Counted from the stretch's first letter, positions 19,766 through 28,022 are shown. The stretch is DNA of 64,000 nucleotides from an uncultured Prolixibacteraceae bacterium (GCA_964632305.1 CAZWBR010000013.1:483-64482); one strand, 5' to 3'. Numbers and translations are program-made. The notes: generated from the sequence alone by a model not told the origin.

Positions 19766-20911
19766 TTATTTAATGAATTTGGCTAATGCCTGGGTCAAGG
19801 CAGGGCCCTGAAGGTTCTTGCCCACAATATTTCCCTCTTTATCCAGCAAATAATTGCTCGGTATAACCTGAATATTGTAATTGTTAACCGCCTGGAAACT
19901 TCCCTTCATATCACCTACATTGATCCAGGGCAGGTTATCTTCCGCGATAACCCTCTTCCAGGCCTCTCCGTCGGTATCGACACTTACCATATAAATCTCA
20001 AAACCACGGTTTTTATATTTATCATACAGCTCGGTCAGCACTTCGTTTTGAATTCGTGATGTCCGGTCTTTAGCCGACCAGAATTGAAGCAATACCGTTT
20101 TCCCCTGCAAGGAGGATAATCTTCTGGTAATTCCGTTCTGATCCGGCAGATTAATGTCCGGCGAATTAACGGCAGCTTGGGTTATGAACTGGTTTAATTT
20201 TTCGTTCTTCTGTCGCTTTAATAGGTCAGCCGCATTATTATACAGAGCTTTGACGTGTTCGTTCTTCGGATAGATCGATAAGAGCGCCGATGCGGCTGTT
20301 TTCATAACCTGGAAATCGCTGATCACAAAATTCTCCTCATCCCACTTCTGATAAAGAGCATAAATACTGGCCGGGGAAAAGGGATTTGTCTTGACAAACT
20401 CGGTTGCAAAATCAGTATAACTATTGGTCAGCGCTAAATATTCATTATTCCATACTTCAAGATTGGACGAATAGAGGGGATTATTCATGTTCTTTGAATA
20501 GAGGCTCCTTAAAGAATCTAATTTCCCTTTGGTCTCATTATACCTGAAGCTCAACCTGTGGACCATTTCCGAGTTAAACGATCCTTCCACGTCATAATTG
20601 AAAGCCAAATTTGGATAATGCCCGGTCAAAGTGGCATTCTCAGCTGAATCAAGAACAAGCGTGATAAAATCCCGGTCCGTAAACTTTAACAGATAAAAGG
20701 TTGGATCGGAGGCAACTCCTTTCATTTTGAATTTCCCTTTCTTGTCCAGCTTGACCGAATCGACCGGAACCATGGAGTTGAGCTGCAGACGGTTCAGGTA
20801 AAGCGTTTTCCCTTCACCACCTTCGATTTGGCCAGAGATGGTAAAGCTGTTTTTGGGCCCGCAGGAGAATAAAATCAGGGCTGAGGCAAGGGCAAGGATG
20901 ATTTTTTTCAC
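19766..20911 (-). CDS. TlpA-like thioredoxin-fold lipoprotein with N-terminal DUF4369-like region, lacking CxxC
   Basis: 381-aa ORF with a lipobox (LFSC). The C-terminal thioredoxin-fold segment 'GKTVLLQFWSAKDRTSRIQNEVL' aligns to the FWASWCxPC region but has no cysteines. Confidence 0.65.
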   Translation of the reverse strand: MKKIILALASALILFSCGPKNSFTISGQIEGGEGKTLYLNRLQLNSMVPVDSVKLDKKGKFKMKGVASDPTFYLLKFTDRDFITLVLDSAENATLTGHYPNLAFNYDVEGSFNSEMVHRLSFRYNETKGKLDSLRSLYSKNMNNPLYSSNLEVWNNEYLALTNSYTDFATEFVKTNPFSPASIYALYQKWDEENFVISDFQVMKTAASALLSIYPKNEHVKALYNNAADLLKRQKNEKLNQFITQAAVNSPDINLPDQNGITRRLSSLQGKTVLLQFWSAKDRTSRIQNEVLTELYDKYKNRGFEIYMVSVDTDGEAWKRVIAEDNLPWINVGDMKGSFQAVNNYNIQVIPSNYLLDKEGNIVGKNLQGPALTQALAKFIK

Positions 20912-21365
20912 GATCGTTTATTTAAGTAATATTATTATTCTGCAATTAATTTGATTCAGGAAAATTAAACCGCGAAACAAACCTGTTCATTCCCCGATTA
21001 ATTTTTCATTATTGATCTTGTTGTCAGCAAAAATATAAATTCCTGCCAAATAGTAATAAGATTATTCGAACAACAATTGTAAATGGAAGAGAGGGGCACG
21101 ATTGCGGACCTCCCCCGTGAATCCGGGCTGATCCCCGGCGGTCTAGCACCTCCTTACCCGGTTTTTAATGAGGAGGTTTCATCGAAGGTGTAATTAATGA
21201 GGACCGTTTAGGGCTTAAATTTTCCTACTGCAATCATCGTTTGGTCGGAGAAAAGGGGAAGCCCTTGCCCGAAAGGCTCAAATCGAAGATAATTAATCGT
21301 ATTGACCCGTCAGGCGATCATGGAGCCTTAATTTTCATTATTTTTGCCTCTTTAAATTTGAATGC

Positions 21366-22295
21366 GTGAAGGTTCATTACGGATTAGACCATTTTAAAGC
21401 GGGAAAACCGGTGGTAACTATCGGAACATTCGATGGGGTCCATCTTGGTCATCGGGAGGTCATTTCAGAATTGCAGCGGTTCAGTAAAGAGTCTGGTGGC
21501 GAATCGGTCGTCTTTACTTTCTATCCTCACCCGCGAATGATCGTTTCACCAAACGAGGATTCCCTTCGTTTGATAACGACGAAAGAGGAGAAGATCGCTC
21601 TTTTCGAACAGATCGGCATCGACCATCTGGTGATCTATCCTTTCGATAAAGAGTTCTCCGAATTGTCGTACGACGAGTTCGTCTCCCGCATTCTGGTCGA
21701 AAAGATGAAGATTCATTGCCTGGTGGTGGGTTACGATCATAAATTCGGCCATGAACGCAAAGGCGATTTCAATGCCCTGAGCCGGTTGTCTGTTGAACTC
21801 GGGTTTACCGTCGAAAAGCTCGATAAATTACTGGTCGAGAATGTGGCCGTCAGTTCTACCCATATCCGTAAAGCGCTCGAAAACGGCGACGTTCACCGGG
21901 CCAACGAATTTCTGGGTTACCACTATACCCTAACGGGAAGGGTGATCGAGGGAAACCGGTTGGGACGAAAACTGGGCTATCCGACAGCCAATATTGAGAC
22001 TTTCGATAACCACAAATTAGTGCCCCGCGATGGCGTCTATGCCGTTAATGTTGAGGTTAAAGGGCACTTTTATCGCGGGATGCTGAACGTGGGGACCCGT
22101 CCTACCGTTAATTTCAATGTCGATCATCGCAGCATCGAGGTTCATATCATCGATTTTAACGAGGATATCTACAACGAGAACATCACTATTCATTTCGTGC
22201 AGAAGATCCGCGACGAACAACGGTTCCCATCGCTCGACCTGCTTCAGGAACAGTTGGGAAGGGACAAGGAAACAGCCATGCGGATTCTTGCGTAA
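21366..22295 (+). CDS. ribF: Bifunctional riboflavin kinase / FAD synthetase
   Basis: 309-aa ORF with a GTG start. 'TIGTFDGVHLGH' nucleotidyltransferase motif and a C-terminal riboflavin kinase domain (GYPTANI, RFPS). Confidence 0.9.
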   Translation: MKVHYGLDHFKAGKPVVTIGTFDGVHLGHREVISELQRFSKESGGESVVFTFYPHPRMIVSPNEDSLRLITTKEEKIALFEQIGIDHLVIYPFDKEFSELSYDEFVSRILVEKMKIHCLVVGYDHKFGHERKGDFNALSRLSVELGFTVEKLDKLLVENVAVSSTHIRKALENGDVHRANEFLGYHYTLTGRVIEGNRLGRKLGYPTANIETFDNHKLVPRDGVYAVNVEVKGHFYRGMLNVGTRPTVNFNVDHRSIEVHIIDFNEDIYNENITIHFVQKIRDEQRFPSLDLLQEQLGRDKETAMRILA

Positions 22296-22327
22296 ACGAT
22301 GAAATTAAAATTGAAAACTGAAATATA

Positions 22328-23731
22328 ATGAGTTTACAGGATTACAAAGTCAAAGATATCTCCCTGGCCGATTTTGGTCGGAAAGAGATTGAGATAGCCG
22401 AAAAAGAGATGCCGGGGTTGATGTCGCTCCGCCAAAAATACGGGAAGGAAAAACCGTTGGCCGGTGCCCGTATCATGGGATCGCTGCACATGACCATTCA
22501 GACTGCCGTGCTGATCGAAACTCTGAAAACGCTGGGTGCCGATGTCCGCTGGGCCTCCTGCAACATCTTCTCCACCCAGGACCATGCCGCGGCAGCCATC
22601 GCCCAATCCGGCACCCCGGTCTTTGCCTGGAAAGGCGAAACCCTCGAAGAATATTGGTGGTGCACCGAACGGGCATTGGACTTTGGTAACGGTAAAGGTC
22701 CTCAACTGATCGTTGACGATGGGGGCGATGCCACCCTGATGGTCCACCTGGGCGCTGCTGCCGAGAAAGATAGCTCGGTGCTCGACCGTGCCGCCGAAGG
22801 CGAAGATGAAATTCAACTGATGAAGGCTCTCCGTAATAGTCTGGCCAAAACGCCAACCCGTTGGACCAACGTGGTGAAGGAGATCAGGGGCGTCTCGGAA
22901 GAAACCACCACCGGGGTTCACCGCCTCTACCAGATGATGGAGCGGGGCGAGCTGCTCTTCCCGGCCATTAACGTGAACGATTCCGTTACCAAATCGAAAT
23001 TCGATAACCTGTACGGCTGCCGCGAATCACTGGCCGACGGGATCAAACGGGCAACCGATGTAATGGTGGCCGGTAAGGTCGTTGTGATCTGCGGATACGG
23101 CGACGTCGGTAAAGGATGTGCCCGCTCACTCAGGGGTTATGGCGCCCGGGTCATCGTTACCGAGATCGATCCGATCTGCGCGTTGCAGGCCGCGATGGAA
23201 GGCTATGAAGTGGCTACAATCGAAGATGTGGTCAGCGAAGGCAATATTTTCGTAACGACTACCGGAAACAAAGATATCATCACCGCCGAACACATGGCCG
23301 CCATGCGCGACCAGGCCATCGTCTGTAATATCGGCCACTTTGACAATGAAATACAGGTGAGCCGTCTGGAAAAATGGTCCGGCATCAAAAAGATTAACAT
23401 CAAACCGCAGGTCGACAAATATGTCTATCCCGACGGTCATGCCATCTTCCTTTTAGCCGAAGGACGCCTGGTCAACCTGGGCTGTGCTACCGGTCACCCC
23501 TCCTTCGTGATGAGTAACTCCTTCACCAATCAGACCCTCGCCCAGATCGATCTTTGGAAGAAAGATTATGCGGTCGATGTTTACCGCCTGCCCAAGTACC
23601 TCGACGAAGAGGTGGCCCGCCTGCACCTCGAACAACTCGGCGTTAAGCTTACCCGATTGACGAAGGATCAGGCCGACTATATTGGCGTTCCGCAGGATGG
23701 TCCTTACAAACCGGAGCATTACCGCTATTGA
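22328..23731 (+). CDS. ahcY: Adenosylhomocysteinase
   Basis: 467-aa ORF with '[17 protein letters not shown]', the NAD-binding '[10 protein letters not shown]' and the C-terminal 'YRY'. Confidence 0.95.
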   Translation: MSLQDYKVKDISLADFGRKEIEIAEKEMPGLMSLRQKYGKEKPLAGARIMGSLHMTIQTAVLIETLKTLGADVRWASCNIFSTQDHAAAAIAQSGTPVFAWKGETLEEYWWCTERALDFGNGKGPQLIVDDGGDATLMVHLGAAAEKDSSVLDRAAEGEDEIQLMKALRNSLAKTPTRWTNVVKEIRGVSEETTTGVHRLYQMMERGELLFPAINVNDSVTKSKFDNLYGCRESLADGIKRATDVMVAGKVVVICGYGDVGKGCARSLRGYGARVIVTEIDPICALQAAMEGYEVATIEDVVSEGNIFVTTTGNKDIITAEHMAAMRDQAIVCNIGHFDNEIQVSRLEKWSGIKKINIKPQVDKYVYPDGHAIFLLAEGRLVNLGCATGHPSFVMSNSFTNQTLAQIDLWKKDYAVDVYRLPKYLDEEVARLHLEQLGVKLTRLTKDQADYIGVPQDGPYKPEHYRY

Positions 23732-23790
23732 TACTTCTACACCGGTCGGTTATTTTCGCTTCCGCGGAAATTAGCCCGGCCCGATAGGCA

Positions 23791-23831
23791 AAGCTTCCGC
23801 AAGGTTACAATCCTTACGGAAGCTTTTTTCT
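23791..23831 (+). terminator. Intrinsic terminator after ahcY
   Basis: AAGCTTCCG (23791-23799) pairs perfectly with CGGAAGCTT (23817-23825), followed by a T-run. Confidence 0.7.
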
Positions 23832-24004
23832 TGCCTGACAGCATGTGGATCCGTTTTTCGTTAGGAACCGATAAATGACATTGGATTTTAACGTTCTGTA
23901 AATGAAGGATGTAAAGAGTGAGGATGGTTTTTCTCGTCTTCGCGGAAAGAAAACCGGTCCTCCTGATTTGTTCTACCAATAACAGAATTGCATAGCCAAT
24001 ATAT

Positions 24005-24232
24005 TAACCTGAGTTCGATATTGTATTGAGTGCTTAGCGACTGAAATACAATAAGGTAATAAGGTTAGATATACTTGTGTGTAAAATCTCTACGAAGGTT
24101 AGGTTCAAAAAATAAGGTTTCAAAACCTTATTGTAACTTTTTTGACCTTCGTAGAAGTTCAAAGTGTACAAAAAAAACCTTATTACCTTATTAATAAACC
24201 AATACAATGTATTTTAAGTCGAGCTCAGGTTA
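24005..24232. repeat. 228-bp imperfect palindrome with iterated AATAAGGT octamers
   Basis: Matching arm blocks: 24005-24018 with 24219-24232 (13 of 14), 24020-24028 with 24200-24208 (9 of 9), 24050-24066 with 24176-24192 (17 of 17), 24089-24099 with 24145-24155 (11 of 11) and 24111-24120 with 24123-24132 (10 of 10). Confidence 0.85.
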
Positions 24233-24280
24233 TTAAGGTTGATTCTGGCAGAATAGGAAGTGTGAAACATAGCAATGATA

Positions 24281-24397
24281 CATGCGACCCCTCTGGGGTC
24301 GTGGTTTATTCAATACATTCTTTTCTATATTCATGCAATCCCTCCGGGATTGAGAGACAGGCCAATTGCAGGAATGACTTCGGAGAAGTTGAATGTT
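24281..24397 (+). repeat. Multi-hairpin repeat block (CATGCRAYCCC-loop-GGGRTYG units)
   Basis: Hairpins lie at 24281-24307, 24332-24352 and 24376-24390. An inverted homologue lies at 27076-27193. Confidence 0.8.
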
Positions 24398-24500
24398 AAA
24401 GGTAGGCCTCTCCATCTGTCAATCTTGCATCTTGTCACAATTTTTTTGGGGTAGCCTCTCCGTATGACTGAGTGAAAGCCATATCTCAGCCGGGTCTTGT

Positions 24501-24576
24501 CCGGAGTTTGTTCGTACTTTGTTCGTACTTTCTTCGTACTTTGTTTATATAATAAACGAATAAAGTACGAAGAAAA
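24501..24576 (-). repeat. Hairpin with three 11-nt-phased direct repeats, copy D (inverted relative to copy C)
   Basis: The plus strand reads TTTGTTCGTAC (24507-24517), TTTGTTCGTAC (24518-24528) and TTTCTTCGTAC (24529-24539). The inverted arm GTACGAAGAAA lies at 24566-24576. The reverse complement aligns without gaps to copy C at 58 of 68 positions. Confidence 0.8.
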
Positions 24577-24783
24577 TACATAAATGGATCGGCAAGAATC
24601 CGGTCTTGATATAGGGTAAACCCGGGAGTCTTATAGTTAGTGTGTCATTTCCGCTTCGTCCGACGATTTGCCACCAGAGCAAGTTTTATCCCCGATGAGG
24701 AAATAATTGGTTAAATACCCGTCTGATCCAGGTGAGGCGATGTTTTTCGGTGAGCCGATATGGGGTAGGGGAGAGAATCGTCC

Positions 24784-25245
24784 CTAATTGTGGATCCAGA
24801 GGCGGTCGCCGACGATCGAGACCTGGTATTGCTTCAGGTTACGGCCCGAAGGTCCTTTGGTGGGGTAGCCCCCTCCGAAAAGATTGTATTGCGATCCGCA
24901 ACAGGTGCAAGTGGCGATGGGATTGCTGCTGGCATAAGTGCCGGTTTTGTTCGTTTCCGTTTTAACAAGGCAGGTGCCCGTGCCTTCGTAAGGGCAGCAG
25001 GCATCGAAAGCATAGTATTGCGATTCGTTGATGCAGATCACGATGAGGCCCGCATAACCCTCTGAGGAAAAAGTTACTGAATTACAGGGGATATAGAGCG
25101 TGTTGTAATTGGCCAGGGAGATATACTTATTTACTTTGGCATAGGGGACAAAATTATTCTGGTCGTCGGAACAGTTAGTCGATATAAGAACCAGAAATGT
25201 CGCGACAATAATTTGCAGGGCTCTTTTTGTTTGAATGTTCCACAT
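24784..25245 (-). CDS. Rieske-fold-like lipoprotein with degenerate cluster ligands
   Basis: The start is set at MWNIQTK, giving a signal peptide plus lipobox (LISTNC). 'DACCPYEG' and 'CTCCGSQY' align to Rieske boxes CxHxG and CPCHGS, but both His are replaced. Confidence 0.5.
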   Translation of the reverse strand: MWNIQTKRALQIIVATFLVLISTNCSDDQNNFVPYAKVNKYISLANYNTLYIPCNSVTFSSEGYAGLIVICINESQYYAFDACCPYEGTGTCLVKTETNKTGTYASSNPIATCTCCGSQYNLFGGGYPTKGPSGRNLKQYQVSIVGDRLWIHN

Positions 25246-25281
25246 TTTTATTACTTTTATCAGGATGCTAAGATAACGAAA

Positions 25282-25800
25282 ATGCAATTCTTACTATTGA
25301 AGATACAAACGGCTGGTGTCGGAGATTATATTTTTCTGATTCTGATTGTGGTAGCCTCACTGATTCAGGCTTTTAACCAAAACAGGAAGAAGGGGAAGAT
25401 GCAGGAGGAGGAAGAGGAGAGTCCCCGGAAACCTCATCCTTTCGATGATGAAGAGATGGAGCCCTTCCCGCAGCAGCCCCGAAGGGAATCGCCCTACGGC
25501 CCTCTCTTCGATCAACTGGACGAGATCCTTGGCGAAGAAGGTGTTCCGTCAGTTGTTGTTGAAAAGCCAAAAGCCAAACCTTTAGTAAGGAGGGAAGAAA
25601 AACCGGTTGAAACGATGGCTGCTCAATATTCATCCATGCAAATGAAAGAGATGGCCGATCAACTGAAGGAAGGGCAACGGGTTGTCGATCCTTCGCAAAT
25701 AACACCAACAGCCGGCACTCTTCCTGTCGGGAAGATCCGATCGAAAATCAACATGCGCCAGGCAGTGATCTATTCGGAAATATTGAATAGAAAGTATTAA
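25282..25800 (+). CDS. Hypothetical membrane-anchored acidic protein
   Basis: The start is set at the ATG at 25282 (MQFLLLK). One N-terminal TM helix, then an E/P-rich low-complexity region. Confidence 0.45.
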   Translation: MQFLLLKIQTAGVGDYIFLILIVVASLIQAFNQNRKKGKMQEEEEESPRKPHPFDDEEMEPFPQQPRRESPYGPLFDQLDEILGEEGVPSVVVEKPKAKPLVRREEKPVETMAAQYSSMQMKEMADQLKEGQRVVDPSQITPTAGTLPVGKIRSKINMRQAVIYSEILNRKY

Positions 25801-25857
25801 TAACCAATTATTAAAAAAATTAACAGTTGGTATTGCGAAGTTATTAAGGAATATTTC

Positions 25858-25865
25858 TACATTTG
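25858..25865 (+). promoter_or_regulatory. Candidate Bacteroidota -7 promoter box (TAnnTTTG) upstream of greA
   Basis: TACATTTG about 80 nt upstream of the greA ATG in an AT-rich spacer. Motif match only. Confidence 0.35.
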
Positions 25866-25946
25866 TCAAGAGTCAAATATTGGAAGAGTTCCGCGAGTCG
25901 GAGTTCTTCTGTTTTTTTTATGTCGTACCAGTAAATTTATTATTGA

Positions 25947-26426
25947 ATGGCCAAAGTTACTTATGTTTCTGCCGAAGGGTTCAAAAAGTTAAAAGCTGAT
26001 TTGGAACACTTGGTTAATATTGAGAGGCCCTCTATTTCGAAACAGATCGGGGAAGCGATCGAAAAGGGGGATATTTCGGAAAATGCCGAGTACGATGCCG
26101 CCAAGGATGCCCAGGGAATGTTGGAGGCCAAAATCGCCCTCTTACAAGAGCAGTTGGCCAGCGCGCGTATTATCGACCAGTCGAAAATCGATACCGACGT
26201 GGTTCAGATCATGAACAAGGTCACGATCAAGAATGTGAAGAACAATGCCACCATGGCTTACACCATAGTTTCGGAGCACGAATCGGACCTTAAATTGGGT
26301 AAGATCAGTGTCAATACCCCGATTGCCAAAGGATTGCTGGGCAAGAAGATTGGCGATGTAGTCGATATTAGGGTCCCGTCGGGCGTGATCCCGTTCGAGA
26401 TCATCAACATTGAATTGGGAATGTAA
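25947..26426 (+). CDS. greA: Transcription elongation factor GreA
   Basis: 159-aa ORF with 'GDISENAEYDAAKD' at the coiled-coil tip and a C-terminal FKBP-like domain. Confidence 0.95.
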   Translation: MAKVTYVSAEGFKKLKADLEHLVNIERPSISKQIGEAIEKGDISENAEYDAAKDAQGMLEAKIALLQEQLASARIIDQSKIDTDVVQIMNKVTIKNVKNNATMAYTIVSEHESDLKLGKISVNTPIAKGLLGKKIGDVVDIRVPSGVIPFEIINIELGM

Positions 26427-26444
26427 TTTTAAAAGCATCTGATC

Positions 26445-26843
26445 ATGGCAAGCATCTTTACCAAAATCGTCAACGGAGAGATTCCGGCCTATAAAGTGGC
26501 CGAGGATGACAACTATTTGGCTTTCCTCGATATTTTCCCGTTAGCCAAAGGACATGTTTTGGTGATCCCGAAGAAAGAGGTGGACTATCTCTTTGATTTG
26601 GACGATGAAACCTATGCCGGATTGACCCTCTTCGCCAAGAAGGTGGCCGAGGCGATAAAGAAGACGATTCCCTGTATTAAGGTGGGGGTCGTTGTTTTGG
26701 GATTGGAAGTTCCCCATGCTCATATCCACCTGATCCCGATGAACAGCGAGAAAGACATCAATTTCACGAACCCCAAACTGAAGTTGACGTCTGAAGAGTT
26801 TACCCAAATCGCAGAAAATATCAGCAAAGCATTTGTTCGATAG
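26445..26843 (+). CDS. HIT family (histidine triad) protein
   Basis: 132-aa ORF with the histidine triad 'HAHIHLIP'. Confidence 0.9.
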   Translation: MASIFTKIVNGEIPAYKVAEDDNYLAFLDIFPLAKGHVLVIPKKEVDYLFDLDDETYAGLTLFAKKVAEAIKKTIPCIKVGVVVLGLEVPHAHIHLIPMNSEKDINFTNPKLKLTSEEFTQIAENISKAFVR

Positions 26844-26852
26844 TTAGAAGGA

Positions 26853-26876
26853 GGCGTTGTTTACAACGCCTTTTTT
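26853..26876 (+). terminator. Intrinsic terminator after the HIT gene
   Basis: GGCGTTG-TTTA-CAACGCC followed by TTTTTT, 10 nt after the stop codon. Confidence 0.7.
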
Positions 26877-27022
26877 GTTGGGCGATTAGCTCTTGTTACT
26901 CAAATAAATTTAGCTTCGGATAATATTTGTCCTTTGAATATCGGTTTGATCTGTTTCTCACGACAAATGTCAACCGGTAGATGAAATCTTTCTTCTATCT
27001 CCTTTTTAATCTTTTCTTCAAA

Positions 27023-27050
27023 CATGCGATCCCAACCGTTCGGGATCGTG
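27023..27050 (+). repeat. Single hairpin unit of the same family
   Basis: CATGCGATCCC-AACCGTTC-GGGATCGTG with a 7-bp stem. It lies in the opposite orientation to the adjacent block. Confidence 0.6.
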
Positions 27051-27075
27051 CTGATAAATAGGATCCTTTTCTATA

Positions 27076-27193
27076 AACATATGACCTCTCCGAGGTCATG
27101 GCTGCAACTGGTCACTCCAACAATCCCGGAGGGATTGCATGTGGGTAGAAAGATTCCGGTTGAACAAAACCACGACCCCAGCGGGGTCGCATG
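27076..27193 (-). repeat. Multi-hairpin repeat block, inverted copy
   Basis: The reverse complement of 27167-27193 matches 24281-24307 at 26 of 27 positions. The reverse complement of 27121-27141 matches 24332-24352 at 21 of 21. The reverse complement of 27081-27099 matches 24374-24392 at 14 of 19, including a compensatory stem change. Confidence 0.8.
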
Positions 27194-27260
27194 TCTTACC
27201 GCTCGAGTGCCCCACATTCTTTTTCCCGAAGATCCGCCATGATCCGTTGGCTTTGGAATT

Positions 27261-27303
27261 CTGTCATTGGGAATGGAGCGTAGCGGAATGAGAAATCTCA
27301 GCC
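27261..27303 (+). repeat. CTGTCATTGG..GCGGAA..AATCTCA module, third copy
   Basis: An ungapped match of 31 of 40 positions to 296-335. Confidence 0.65.
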
Positions 27304-27365
27304 CGGACTAAAAGGTCAGGTTTTATCGGACAATAATGATTTTTTATGAATCGATAGTGATAAAC

Positions 27366-27923
27366 TTAGATGCCTTTCACCTTGTCGGGATTTTTCCGGA
27401 TAAATTCGTCCCAGTTCTTGTAAGGTTTTTCGGAGAGGGGGTTCTTCATCTGAAGGTAATGACAAACAGCAGCGGCGAGGGCATCGGTGGCATCGAGGTC
27501 GGAGGGCAGGATCTCAAGATTAAACATTTGTTTCAGAAAATAGGCCACCTGTTCCTTTGAGGCCGAGCCACTCCCGGTGATCGCCTGTTTGATGCGCAGC
27601 GGGGCATATTCGAAGATCGGGACGTCGCGGTAGAGCGAAGCGGCCATAGCCACCCCCTGGGCCCGTCCCAGTTTGAGCATCGACTGGACATTCTTGCCAA
27701 AGAAGGGCGCTTCGAGAGCCGTCTCGTCGGGCTTATACTCATCGACGAGATAGAGGGTGCGTTTGAAGATATGGTTTAGTTTCTGGTAGTGGCCCGTGAA
27801 ACCGGCTGTCTTAACCACCCCCATGGCCACAATACTGACCTTGTTTTCGTGGACCCGAATCACTCCGTAGCCCATGATGTTGGAGCCGGGATCAATGCCT
27901 AATATGGTTTTACTGATGGTCAA
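27366..27923 (-). CDS. ruvC: Crossover junction endodeoxyribonuclease RuvC
   Basis: 185-aa ORF. 'ILGIDPGSNIMGYG' carries the catalytic Asp. Length and C-terminus are typical of RuvC. Confidence 0.95.
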   Translation of the reverse strand: MTISKTILGIDPGSNIMGYGVIRVHENKVSIVAMGVVKTAGFTGHYQKLNHIFKRTLYLVDEYKPDETALEAPFFGKNVQSMLKLGRAQGVAMAASLYRDVPIFEYAPLRIKQAITGSGSASKEQVAYFLKQMFNLEILPSDLDATDALAAAVCHYLQMKNPLSEKPYKNWDEFIRKNPDKVKGI

Positions 27924-28022
27924 CTTCTTTTTTTTCCAAACTTAGTGGATTTTTTGCTGACCGGCCAGCGGGGAGATAAAACTTTTCCAAAGTTTCGAAC
28001 TTTGGAAAAGTTCGCTGCACCG

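Noticed and set aside
20912-21365. An FMN riboswitch, tmRNA, RNase P RNA or SRP RNA might lie in the long spacer upstream of ribF.
   Set aside because: I found none of the conserved cores: no FMN-element junction motifs, no tmRNA tag-coding region or T-arm/CCA end, no GAGGAAAGTCCGGGC P4 sequence, and no SRP domain IV motif. The region stays unassigned and is reported only as a low-interest finding.
24281-27193. The arrays of similar short hairpins could be a degenerate CRISPR array.
   Set aside because: The units are only loosely similar to one another. Their spacing is irregular (about 40-53 nt). They occur in both orientations within one spacer. No cas genes or leader are present.
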